From Faecousia sp. (GTDB taxonomy: Bacteria; Bacillota; Clostridia; Oscillospirales; Oscillospiraceae): DNA of 64,000 nucleotides. The translations under genes were made by a program, and so were the position numbers. Position 1 is the first letter of the stretch. Every line of letters starts with the position of its first letter. Below are positions 17,956-27,600 of the stretch, one piece after another. The notes beneath the pieces were generated by a model that made no database searches, was not told where the DNA came from, and was given only the letters and a program-made list of their open reading frames with translations. Location: contig JAZSCE010000076.1 in NCBI GenBank assembly GCA_045602725.1, forward strand, positions 22,919 to 86,918, in the 5' to 3' direction.

Positions 17956-18723
17956 ATGGAGTTGCAAAGAGCAAGTGGTTGGAAAAGAATAGCTGCCTGG
18001 GTTTTGGACCTGATGCTGCTGTGTGTGATTGCCGTTGGTGTGGCTTATGCTCTCTCCGCTGTGCTGGAGTATGATGTTCACCAGCAGACGGTACAAACGG
18101 CGTATGAAAAATACGCGCAGCAATATGACATTGATCTGGATATGGATCAGGCAACCTATGACGCAATGTCTGCTGAAGAACAGGCGGAGTACGACGCAAA
18201 AGCTGAGCAGATCGAAAAGGCGCTGAATGAAGATGATGAAGTCAAGTATGCCTATAATATGGTTGTCAGCTATTCGGTGCTGATTATTACAATGAGCATC
18301 CTGCTCGCAACGGTATTGCTGGAGTTTGTGCTGCCGCTGATCCTGAAAAATGGTCAGACCGTTGGCAAGAAGTGCTTTTCCCTGGCAGTTGTCCGTGTCG
18401 ATGGCGTCAAGGTCAATGCGGTGCAGATGTTTACCAGAGCGGTGCTGGGTAAGTTTGCCGTTGAGACAATGATCCCGGTGTATGTGGTTATTATGCTGTA
18501 CTGGGGATTGATGGGCTTTGGCGGACTGATCGTGCTGCTGCTCCTGCTTGTGATCCAAATTGCTTGCATTGCAGTTAACCGGGACCGGGCTACAATTCAT
18601 GATCGTTTTGCAGGCACCGTGGTTGTGGATATGGCCAGCCAAAAGATTTTTGAAAGTACAGAGGAACTGATCGCTTATACCAATCGCATTCATGCTGAGC
18701 AGGTAAAGCGACAGGACTCTTAA
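17956..18723 (+). CDS. RDD family membrane protein
   Basis: ASGWKRIAAWVLD, GQTVGK, IHDRFAGTVVV. Confidence 0.88.
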   Translation: MELQRASGWKRIAAWVLDLMLLCVIAVGVAYALSAVLEYDVHQQTVQTAYEKYAQQYDIDLDMDQATYDAMSAEEQAEYDAKAEQIEKALNEDDEVKYAYNMVVSYSVLIITMSILLATVLLEFVLPLILKNGQTVGKKCFSLAVVRVDGVKVNAVQMFTRAVLGKFAVETMIPVYVVIMLYWGLMGFGGLIVLLLLLVIQIACIAVNRDRATIHDRFAGTVVVDMASQKIFESTEELIAYTNRIHAEQVKRQDS

Positions 18724-18764
18724 AATAATCAATAATAAAATAAACATATTTGGAAGGGGTTCAT

Positions 18765-19868
18765 ATGAAAGTTACATTGCAGAATCTTACTAAAATCTTC
18801 CCCAGCCGGGACAAGAAGGCCGGCAAAGAAGTCGTTGCTGTCAGCGACTTTACCTTCGACATTCCCGACGGCAAGCTGATCGGTCTTTTGGGACCGTCCG
18901 GTTGCGGCAAGTCCACCACGCTGTATATGATCAGCGGCTTGCAGAAGCCTACTAGCGGCAGAATTTTCTTCGGTGATGATGATGTAACGGAGCTGTCCAC
19001 CGAAAACCGCGGTATCGGCCTGGTGTTCCAGAACTACGCACTGTATCCCCACATGACCGTCAAGCAGAACATCCTGTTCCCCCTGCAGAACCTGAAGGGC
19101 AAGGACAAGATGACCAAGGATCAAATGCTGGAGCGTGCCTATGAGGCAGCCAAGCTGGTTCAGATCGATGAGCTGATGGATCGTAAGCCCAGCGAGCTGT
19201 CCGGCGGTCAGCAGCAGCGTGTTGCTATCGCCCGTGCGCTGGTTAAGATGCCCCGAGTTCTGCTGTTGGACGAGCCCCTTTCCAACCTGGATGCCCGCCT
19301 GAGACTGCAGACCCGTGAGGAGATCCGCCGTATTCAGAAGGAAACCGGCATCACCACCGTTTTCGTTACCCACGACCAGGAAGAGGCAATGAGCATCTCT
19401 GATATGATCGTGGTTATGAAGCTGGGCGTTGTCCAGCAGATCGGCAAGCCTCAGGAAGTTTACGACAACCCCACCAATCTGTTCGTTGCCAAGTTCCTGG
19501 GCACACCTCCCATTAACGTATTCAGCGGCCTGATCAAGGACGGCAAGCTGTATATTGGTGAAGAAGCTGTGCTGGATGTAGCCGGTGTTGCTGATCAGGC
19601 TGTTACCGTCGGCATCCGTCCCGAAGGCTTCGAGCTGGCAGAAGATGGCAAGCTGGCCTGCAATCTGAGCAATGTAGAGGTTATGGGCCGTGATGTCAGC
19701 GTGGTTTCTACCCACAACGCATCTGCCAACCCCGTGATCCGTTCCATTATCAATGCCGATAACAAGATCGACCTGAGCCAAAGCGTTGTCCGTTTCAATT
19801 TGAAGCCTCACAAGGTCTTTATCTTCAATGCAGAGACCGAGGAGCGCCTGTACGTTGAGGTGAAGTAA
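18765..19868 (+). CDS. ABC transporter ATP-binding protein (MalK/MsmK-type)
   Basis: GPSGCGKST, VFQNYALYPHMTV, LSGGQQQRVA, LLLDEPLSNLD, VTHDQEEA. Confidence 0.96.
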   Translation: MKVTLQNLTKIFPSRDKKAGKEVVAVSDFTFDIPDGKLIGLLGPSGCGKSTTLYMISGLQKPTSGRIFFGDDDVTELSTENRGIGLVFQNYALYPHMTVKQNILFPLQNLKGKDKMTKDQMLERAYEAAKLVQIDELMDRKPSELSGGQQQRVAIARALVKMPRVLLLDEPLSNLDARLRLQTREEIRRIQKETGITTVFVTHDQEEAMSISDMIVVMKLGVVQQIGKPQEVYDNPTNLFVAKFLGTPPINVFSGLIKDGKLYIGEEAVLDVAGVADQAVTVGIRPEGFELAEDGKLACNLSNVEVMGRDVSVVSTHNASANPVIRSIINADNKIDLSQSVVRFNLKPHKVFIFNAETEERLYVEVK

Positions 19869-19869
19869 T

Positions 19870-20808
19870 ATGGTAGATAACATGCAACAATGGAAGGCGT
19901 GGCTGTACCTGTCGCCGGCGATTGTACTTTTGCTGGTGTTTACCGTATGGCCCATCTTCAACACTGTGCGTATGGCTTTCTTGGAGAATTACTCCGGTCT
20001 GAAGGCTGCGGGCGGTATGGTTTTCGAGTTTGGTATCGGAAACTTCCAAAAGGTCATTGAGTATAAGCGCATTATTGAGTGCTTGACCAATACGGTGCTG
20101 CTTTGCGTTCTGACTGTGCCGATCTCCACGCTCCTTGCGCTGCTGATCGCTGTTACACTCAATTCCATCAAGCCCCTGCAGAAGCTGCTGCAGACCATCT
20201 TCTTCCTGCCCTATGTTACCAACTCCATCGCCATCGGCATGGTGTTCGCAGCAATGTTTAACATCATTGGCCTCCGGCCCGATGGTGTGACCGCAGATAC
20301 CTGGGGTATTGTCAACAATGTAATCCAGTTCTTTGGTGGAAAGCCGATCAACTGGATCAACCAAGGCTCCCAATACTGGGCCAACATGACCGTTATGGTT
20401 GTGTACATCGTGTGGAATGCGCTGCCCTTCAAGATCCTGGTTTTGCTGGGCGGTTTGCAGAGCATCAACAAGCAGTACTATGATGCTGCCAAGGTTGATG
20501 GCACTCCCCGCAAGAGAGTGTTCACCCGCATCACCGTGCCGCTGCTGTCCCCGATGCTGGCCTATGTTATCATCACCGGCTTTATCGGCGGCTTCAAGGA
20601 ATACTCCAGCATCGTCGGTATCTTCGGCGAAACGATGGGACCTCCGGATGCAGAGCGCAGACTCAATACGATGGTCGGCTTCATTTACGATGCCTTGAGC
20701 AGCAACAGCCAGGGCCGCGCAAGTGCCGCCGCACTGATCCTCTTTGCAATTATTCTTGCTGTTACATTGTTTAACAACTATGTCATCAAGAAGCACACAC
20801 ATTATTAA
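19870..20808 (+). CDS. ABC transporter permease 1 (CUT1 family)
   Basis: 6 TM; EAA-like loop LQSINKQYYDAAKVDG...RITVPLL. Confidence 0.95.
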   Translation: MVDNMQQWKAWLYLSPAIVLLLVFTVWPIFNTVRMAFLENYSGLKAAGGMVFEFGIGNFQKVIEYKRIIECLTNTVLLCVLTVPISTLLALLIAVTLNSIKPLQKLLQTIFFLPYVTNSIAIGMVFAAMFNIIGLRPDGVTADTWGIVNNVIQFFGGKPINWINQGSQYWANMTVMVVYIVWNALPFKILVLLGGLQSINKQYYDAAKVDGTPRKRVFTRITVPLLSPMLAYVIITGFIGGFKEYSSIVGIFGETMGPPDAERRLNTMVGFIYDALSSNSQGRASAAALILFAIILAVTLFNNYVIKKHTHY

Positions 20809-20822
20809 TAGGAGGGCTGTTT

Positions 20823-21707
20823 ATGGATAAGAATGTTATGCATGCGAAAGACCTGCAGCAGACCTCCTTCAACCAGAAGATCATCAAGTTTTGTGTAAAG
20901 TTCTTTACGTATCTGTTCCTTTGCACAATGGCATTGATCGTGCTGTTCCCGTTCTATTGGATGATTATTTCCTCCCTTAAGAGCCTGGCGGAATATCGCC
21001 TGAATGTGCCGACCTTCTGGCCAAAGAAAATTTTGTTCAGCAACTATTCTGAGGCATTTACCACCGCAAACCTGGGCAGCCTATTCATCAATACGATGAT
21101 CGTCGGCGTGTCCTCCACGCTGCTGTCGCTGATCATTACGGTGCTGTCCGCATTTGCCTTTGCCCGCCTGGAGTTCAAGGGCAGAGATACGATGTTCACG
21201 CTGCTGCTGGCTACTATGATGATTCCCGGTGAGCTGTTTACCATCACCAACTACACCACTGTTACCCAGCTGAACTGGATGAACACCTATACGGTCCTGA
21301 TCGTCCCGTTCCTGGTCAGCGTGTTCTATATCTTCCTGCTGCGTCAGAACTTCCTGCAGATCCCGAACGAGCTTTACCTGGCTGCAAAGGTGGACGGAAC
21401 TTCTGATCTGAAGTATTTGTGGAAGGTTATGGTGCCCCTGGCATTGCCCACATTGATCTCCATCACCATCCTGAAGATGATGGGCGCCTGGAACTCCTAT
21501 ATGTGGCCCCGCCTGGTTGCCAACGATGAGGCGCACCGCCTGATCACCAATGGTTTGCGTAATGCATTTACCACCACAACCGGTGATGTAAACTACCCCG
21601 TGCAGATGGCTGCAGTTGCTCTGGTTTCCGCGCCGCTGTTCCTGGTATTCATCTTCCTGCGTAAGTACATTATGGCTGGCGTCAGCCGTAGTGGTATCAA
21701 GGGCTAA
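20823..21707 (+). CDS. ABC transporter permease 2 (CUT1 family)
   Basis: FPFYWMIISSLK, AFAFARLEFKGR, IPNELYLAAKVDG, WNSYMWP. Confidence 0.95.
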   Translation: MDKNVMHAKDLQQTSFNQKIIKFCVKFFTYLFLCTMALIVLFPFYWMIISSLKSLAEYRLNVPTFWPKKILFSNYSEAFTTANLGSLFINTMIVGVSSTLLSLIITVLSAFAFARLEFKGRDTMFTLLLATMMIPGELFTITNYTTVTQLNWMNTYTVLIVPFLVSVFYIFLLRQNFLQIPNELYLAAKVDGTSDLKYLWKVMVPLALPTLISITILKMMGAWNSYMWPRLVANDEAHRLITNGLRNAFTTTTGDVNYPVQMAAVALVSAPLFLVFIFLRKYIMAGVSRSGIKG

Positions 21708-21824
21708 AAGCTTCCGCGTAGAAATTTTCTACACATAAAATTTAAGTCTATATACAGACCCGCGCATACGCAACGGCCTGATAAAGAAAAACAAAATTTT
21801 ATATATAGAAAGGAACGAACAAAC

Positions 21825-23249
21825 ATGAAAAGAATCCTGGCACTGCTTCTGCTGGTTGTGATGGTCATTGGCCTCGTAGCTTGCAGCAGCACAAAAACTC
21901 CCACCGGCACCCCCAATGCAGGCGCAATCAACTTTACTGTACCTGAAGGCGGTTACGATGGCAGTGCGGTAGAAATCAAGTTCTATCACACTATGGGCGC
22001 TAATCTGCGTGAAGTTCTGGATGCATACATTGTTGAGTTCAACAAGCTGTATCCCAACATCACCATCATCAGCGAGCAGGTTGGCGGCTACGATGATGTG
22101 CGTGAGCAGATCAGCACCGAGATCCCTGCCGGCAATCAGCCCCACATCGCATACTGCTACCCTGACCACGTTGCTCTGTACAACCTGGCTGGCGCAGTTA
22201 CCACCCTGGACGGCCTGATCGACAGCAAGATCGAGATTACCCGCAATGATGGCACCAAGGAAATCCTGGGTCTGACCGACGAGCAGAAGGCCGACTTCAT
22301 CGAAGGTTACTACAACGAAGGCAAGGAATTCGGCGACGGCTTGATGTACACCATGCCCCTGAGTAAGTCCACCGAGGTTCTGTACTACAACAAGACCTTC
22401 TTTGATGCAAACAACCTGACCGTTCCCACCACTTGGGACGAGCTGGAAGCTCTGTGCGCACAGATCAAGGCAATTGATCCTAAGTGCATTCCTCTGGGCT
22501 ACGACTCCGAGGCCAACTGGTTCATCACCATGTGTGAGCAGTATGGCTCTGACTACACCAGTGCCAGCGGCGACCACTACCTGTTTGACAATGAGCAGAA
22601 CCATGCATTCGTTAAGAAGTTCAACGAGTGGTATAACAAGGGCTACCTGACCACTCAGACTCTGTACGGTGCTTACACCTCCGGCCTGTTCACTGCTCAC
22701 GGCGAGGATACCACCAAGAGCTATATGTCCATCGGTTCTTCCGCAGGTGCAACTCACCAGCGTCCCGATATGGTTGACGGCGCTTATCCCTTCGAGGTTG
22801 GTATCGCTACCATTCCTCAGGTCAGCGCTGACAACAAGAAGGTCATTTCTCAGGGCCCCAGCCTCTGCATCTTCCAGAAGAGCAATCCTCAGGAAGTCAT
22901 TGCTTCCTGGCTGTTTGTTAAGTTCCTGACCACCAATGTTTCCTTCCAGGCCGAGTTCGGTATGGCTTCCGGCTACGTTCCTGTCCTGAAGTCCGTTGGT
23001 GAGAACCCTGTTTACAAGGACTACCTGGCCAGCGCTGACGGCGGTGCTTACATCGCTGCTCTGTCCGCTAAGGTTTGTCTGGAGCAGGAGAGCGCTTACT
23101 ACACCTCTCCCGCATTTAACGGTTCTTCCACCGCTCGTGACCAGGTTGGCGCTCTGATGGCTAAGTGCCTGACGCTGACCGGTGATGTGGATTCTCAGAT
23201 TGCCGCTGCATTCCAGGATGCAATCGACGAATGTGAATACCACACCTAA
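21825..23249 (+). CDS. ABC transporter substrate-binding lipoprotein
   Basis: Lipobox LVAC; IKFYHTM, EFNKLYPNI, LYYNKTFF, VPTTWDEL, SWLFVKFLT. Confidence 0.93.
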   Translation: MKRILALLLLVVMVIGLVACSSTKTPTGTPNAGAINFTVPEGGYDGSAVEIKFYHTMGANLREVLDAYIVEFNKLYPNITIISEQVGGYDDVREQISTEIPAGNQPHIAYCYPDHVALYNLAGAVTTLDGLIDSKIEITRNDGTKEILGLTDEQKADFIEGYYNEGKEFGDGLMYTMPLSKSTEVLYYNKTFFDANNLTVPTTWDELEALCAQIKAIDPKCIPLGYDSEANWFITMCEQYGSDYTSASGDHYLFDNEQNHAFVKKFNEWYNKGYLTTQTLYGAYTSGLFTAHGEDTTKSYMSIGSSAGATHQRPDMVDGAYPFEVGIATIPQVSADNKKVISQGPSLCIFQKSNPQEVIASWLFVKFLTTNVSFQAEFGMASGYVPVLKSVGENPVYKDYLASADGGAYIAALSAKVCLEQESAYYTSPAFNGSSTARDQVGALMAKCLTLTGDVDSQIAAAFQDAIDECEYHT

Positions 23250-23255
23250 TTCTGA

Positions 23256-24614
23256 ATGCGTATGCTGAAAAAATTACTTTGTTTATTGATGGCTCTGTGC
23301 CTCACAGCCGGTCTTTTGGCCGGTTGTGGGGAGCCGGCTACCGGCCCCGTAACAGATGCCACAGAGCCTACCTCCGCTGATCCTACCGAGACTGTGGACT
23401 ATGCGGTATCCGAAAAGCTGAATATGAACTCCGCTACGGCAAAGATTGAAGTTACGGTCAAGCAGTTCATTGATGGCGATACCACCCATTTCCATGTTCC
23501 TGCATCTTTGATGCCCGGCGGCGTGCTCAAGGGCCGTTATTTGGCCGTGAACACTCCGGAATCTACCGGTAAGATCGAAGAATTTGGTAAAAAGGCATCC
23601 AATTTCACCAAGGAAAAGCTTTCCGCTGCCACCTCTATCGTTATCGAGAGTGAGACGGCAACCTGGGATGCAGACTCCACCGGTGACCGTTATCTCGTTT
23701 GGGTTTGGTACCGCACAGATGAAAACAGCGAGTACCGCAACCTGAATATTGAGCTTCTGCAGAATGGTTTGGCAATTGCCAGCAACTCGGCAAACAATCA
23801 GTATGGCGCCACCTGTATGAACGCTATCAACCAGGCCAAGGCACAGAAGCTGAATGTCTACTCCGGCCAGAAAGACCCTGATTTCTATTATGGCGACGCT
23901 GTGGAGCTGACACTGAAGGAACTGCGTACCAATGTGGAGACCTACAATGGTATGAAGGTCGCATTCAACGGTGTTGTTACCGTTAACGATAGCAACAGCG
24001 TTTATGTGGAAGCATACGATGCTGAAACAGATATGTACTACGGTATGTCCGTGTACTACGGCTACAATCTGAACGGCAAGGGCCTGGAGATCCTGACTGT
24101 GGGCAATGAAGTCCGCATTGTCGGCTCTGTCCAGTACTACGAAGCAGGCGGCACTTATCAGGTGTCTGACCTGAACTATCGTCTGATGCAGCCGGATGAT
24201 CCCAGCAATATCCAAAAGATCAGCGAAGGAAACGACCCTGCATTCTTTGAAACGACTGCAGACCGCTTCCTGAACGGTCAGGTTACCGTCACCGATGATG
24301 AGGGTAATGAAACTACGAATAAATATGCTGCAATGGCAATGAGCACCTCCATTGAAATGAAGGGCCTGACTGTTGTGGATTCCTACACTACCAAGACCGA
24401 AGGCAGTGCATCCAAGGGCGCATTCACCCTGACCTGTGTTGTTGACGGCCAGTATGTGGATGTCCGCACCACAGTCCTGACTGACAAGGACGGCAATCTT
24501 GTCAAAGCAGATGTTTATGAAGGTAAGACCATTGATGTAAAGGGCATTGTCGATTACTACAACGGCGCTTACCAAATCAAAGTGTTCTCCGCAGATAATA
24601 TTACAATTCATTGA
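23256..24614 (+). CDS. Thermonuclease (SNase) family lipoprotein with C-terminal OB-like domains
   Basis: Lipobox LAGC; IDGDT, RYLAVNTPE, GDRYLVWVW, NIELLQNGLA; C-term VGNEVRIVGSVQYY and GKTIDVKGIVDYYNG. Confidence 0.88.
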   Translation: MRMLKKLLCLLMALCLTAGLLAGCGEPATGPVTDATEPTSADPTETVDYAVSEKLNMNSATAKIEVTVKQFIDGDTTHFHVPASLMPGGVLKGRYLAVNTPESTGKIEEFGKKASNFTKEKLSAATSIVIESETATWDADSTGDRYLVWVWYRTDENSEYRNLNIELLQNGLAIASNSANNQYGATCMNAINQAKAQKLNVYSGQKDPDFYYGDAVELTLKELRTNVETYNGMKVAFNGVVTVNDSNSVYVEAYDAETDMYYGMSVYYGYNLNGKGLEILTVGNEVRIVGSVQYYEAGGTYQVSDLNYRLMQPDDPSNIQKISEGNDPAFFETTADRFLNGQVTVTDDEGNETTNKYAAMAMSTSIEMKGLTVVDSYTTKTEGSASKGAFTLTCVVDGQYVDVRTTVLTDKDGNLVKADVYEGKTIDVKGIVDYYNGAYQIKVFSADNITIH

Positions 24615-24631
24615 TATTAAAGGAGTAAGCT

Positions 24632-27600
24632 ATGAAGAAAATAATCATTTGGAGCCTTATTATAGCTTTGCTGCTGGGTATCGGCGTTGGCGCATTCCTG
24701 TACTTTGGCAAGAATGAGCCCTCCACTGAGACTCCCGGTACCAGCAACGCTGTAACGAAGGCCGACTTGGAGGCCGCACTTGCGTATATCAAGACGGTCT
24801 ACAAGAACCCCAGCGAGAAGACACCTCGCGATTTCCAGCGCATTGCAAATGTCCCCGTTAACGGCCAGAACATCGAGGTTGTTTGGTCTGTTGATGTAGG
24901 GGAGGAGCATGTCAAGGTCGTCAAGGGCGAAAATGGCATGGTCACCATCGATGTGAATGAGAATTCCGCACAGGATATCAAGTACGTCCTGACCGCTACC
25001 ATTTCCAATACCGATGGCGAAAGTGTTTCCCATAGCTGGAACCACCTGCTGCCCATGGTCAACAATGACATGGCTGCCATCGTTGAGGAAGCTTACCAGC
25101 TGGAAGTTGGCGCTTCCATGGACTACGAGGTCACCCTGACCGGCGTAATCACCAGAGTTAACACCGCTTATGATCCCAACTATCAGAACATCACCGTCAC
25201 CATCGAGGTTGCCGGTGCTGAAGGCAAGCCCATCGAGTGCTATCGTCTGAAGGGCGAAGGCGCTGATACTCTGCAGATTGGCGACACCATTACCGTTACC
25301 GGTACTCTGAAGAACTATAACGGTAAGATCGAGTTCGATCAGGGCTGTGTCCTGGATGAGGTTATTAAGGGTGAGGCTGTTGATGCTCCTACTGATGCAC
25401 TGCAGATTCTGAAGGAAGCTTACGCTCTGGAAGACGGCAAGGCTCTGCCTTACGTTGCTACCCTGACCGGTAAGATCACCACCATCAATTCCGTCTACAA
25501 CCCCGCTTATGGCAACGTTTCCGTTACCATCGTTGTTGACGGTAATACCGACTATCCCATTCTGTGCTACCGCATTGCCGGTGAAGGCGCAGACAACCTG
25601 CTGATTGGCGATACCATCACCGTTAAGGGTTACATTTGTAACTATGCAGGTAAGATCGAGTTCGAGCAGGGCAGCCAGCTGATCAAGGTCGAGAAGACCG
25701 GCACTGAGATCGAGGCTCCCACCGACGTCAACGAGATTTTGAATGCTGCATTTGGTCTGGCTGACGGCGAGACTCTGCCCTACAAGGCAACCCTGACCGG
25801 CGTTATCACCAAGATCAAGACTCCTTATGACCCCGGTTATAAGAATGTCACCGTTGCTATTAAGGTCAACGGCAAGACCATCGAGTGCTACCGCCTGGCT
25901 GGCGAAGGCGCTGACAAGATCGGCGAGAAGGATACCATCACCGTTACCGGTTACCTGATGAACTATCACGGCACCGTTCAGTTCGCTCAGGGCTGTACCC
26001 TGGACAGCTGGAAGGACACCGGCACGGATGTTCCTCCCGAGGATGAGAACATTTCCGCTTCCACCGTTGTTGCGGAGATCGTTTCCAAGCCCAAGACCGG
26101 CACCGCTTACAAGTTCTTCCTGCATCAGAAGACTCTGGGCAAGAACCTGTACCTGACCGGCAATATGGACGGTTTCTATTTCGAGACCTCTGCTGACCAC
26201 ACCGAGGCTATTGATGTCTTTGTCGAAGAAGTTTCCGGTGGCTACCGTCTGTACTTCAAGAAGAACGGTGTCAAGAACTACATCGAAGTTCTAAGACAGT
26301 TCTCCGATTCCACTGGCAAGTACCACAACAATGTTGTCTTCACCACCAAGCCCACCAAGGTCCTGAAGTGGAATGACACCATCAAGTCCTTCACCTGTGA
26401 ACTGGATGTTGACGGTACTGCTACTACCTTCTACTTCGGTACATACAGCTCCTACCAGACTATGAGCGCTTCCGATATCGCTAAGGTTACCGGCGAGAAT
26501 GCTTCTACCCTGGAAGAGACCAACTTTGTTGCGCACCTGGCTACCCTGAAGGAAACCAAGGTCAGCGCAGAGGAGAAGGCTTTTGAAGAGCTGAAGTCTG
26601 ACTATCCCGCTACCCAGAACCCCGCTAATGTTACTGAGAGCTTCACCCGCAGAGCATACTACACTGTTGAGGGCAAGAAGGTTCAGATCAAGTGGACTAC
26701 CGACAACAAGTCCGTCAAGATCGTTGACAACGGCAACGGCACCGTTACCGTTAAGATCGCTCGTGGCGAAGAGGTCACTAACTTCAAGCTGACCGCTACC
26801 ATCACCGGCGATGACGAGACCTTTACTACCTCCTGGGATTACAAGATTCCCGCTAAGCCCAGCGAGGATGTTCCTGAGCTGCCCACCAAGGACGGCGCAA
26901 CCATCACCATCGAGCAGGCCCTGATTTACGGTGCCGAGCTGGATGAGTACACCACCATCAAGTACAAGGTTACCGGCAAGATCTTCAAGGTCTACAACAC
27001 CCAGTACGGCAATATGTACATTACTGATGAGAAGGGTAATGTCCTGACCATCTACGGCACCTACAATGCTGACGGCACTGTGCGCTACGATGAGATGGAA
27101 GTTAAGCCTGTTGCCGGCGATACCATCACCGTTTATGGCTCTTTGGGCCAGTACAACGGCACTGCACAGATCAAGAACGGCTGGATCGTTGATCACATCC
27201 CCGGCACCGGTGAGGAAGAAGACGATGACAAGCCCGAGATGACTATGCAGGAGATCGTCGATGCTGCTTATGACCTGGCTCCCGGCGGCATGCTGCTGGA
27301 GGACCATACTCTGACCGGTATCATCACCAGCGTTGACACTCCCTACAGCGATCAGTATGGCAATGTTACCGTTACCATCCAGGTTGCTGGCCGTGAGAAC
27401 AAGCCTATCAAGTGCTACCGTTTGGCTGGCAAGGGTGCTGACAAGATCAATGTCGGCGATACCATCACTGTCACCGGTATTCTGAAGAACTACAACGGCA
27501 CCATCGAGTTCGATCAGGGCTGCACTCTGGATTCCTACGTCAAGGGCGAGAATCCTCCTCCCACTGAGCCCACCACTCCCGCAACTCAGCCCACCACACC

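Noticed and set aside
21708-21824. Small hairpins between permease 2 and the binding-protein gene
   Set aside because: Weak stems, at most an mRNA stabiliser typical of ABC operons; no family can be supported.
18729-24611. Long antisense ORFs of 325-504 aa opposite the ABC, binding protein and SNase genes
   Set aside because: Same codon-bias shadow effect; the sense products have clear family motifs.
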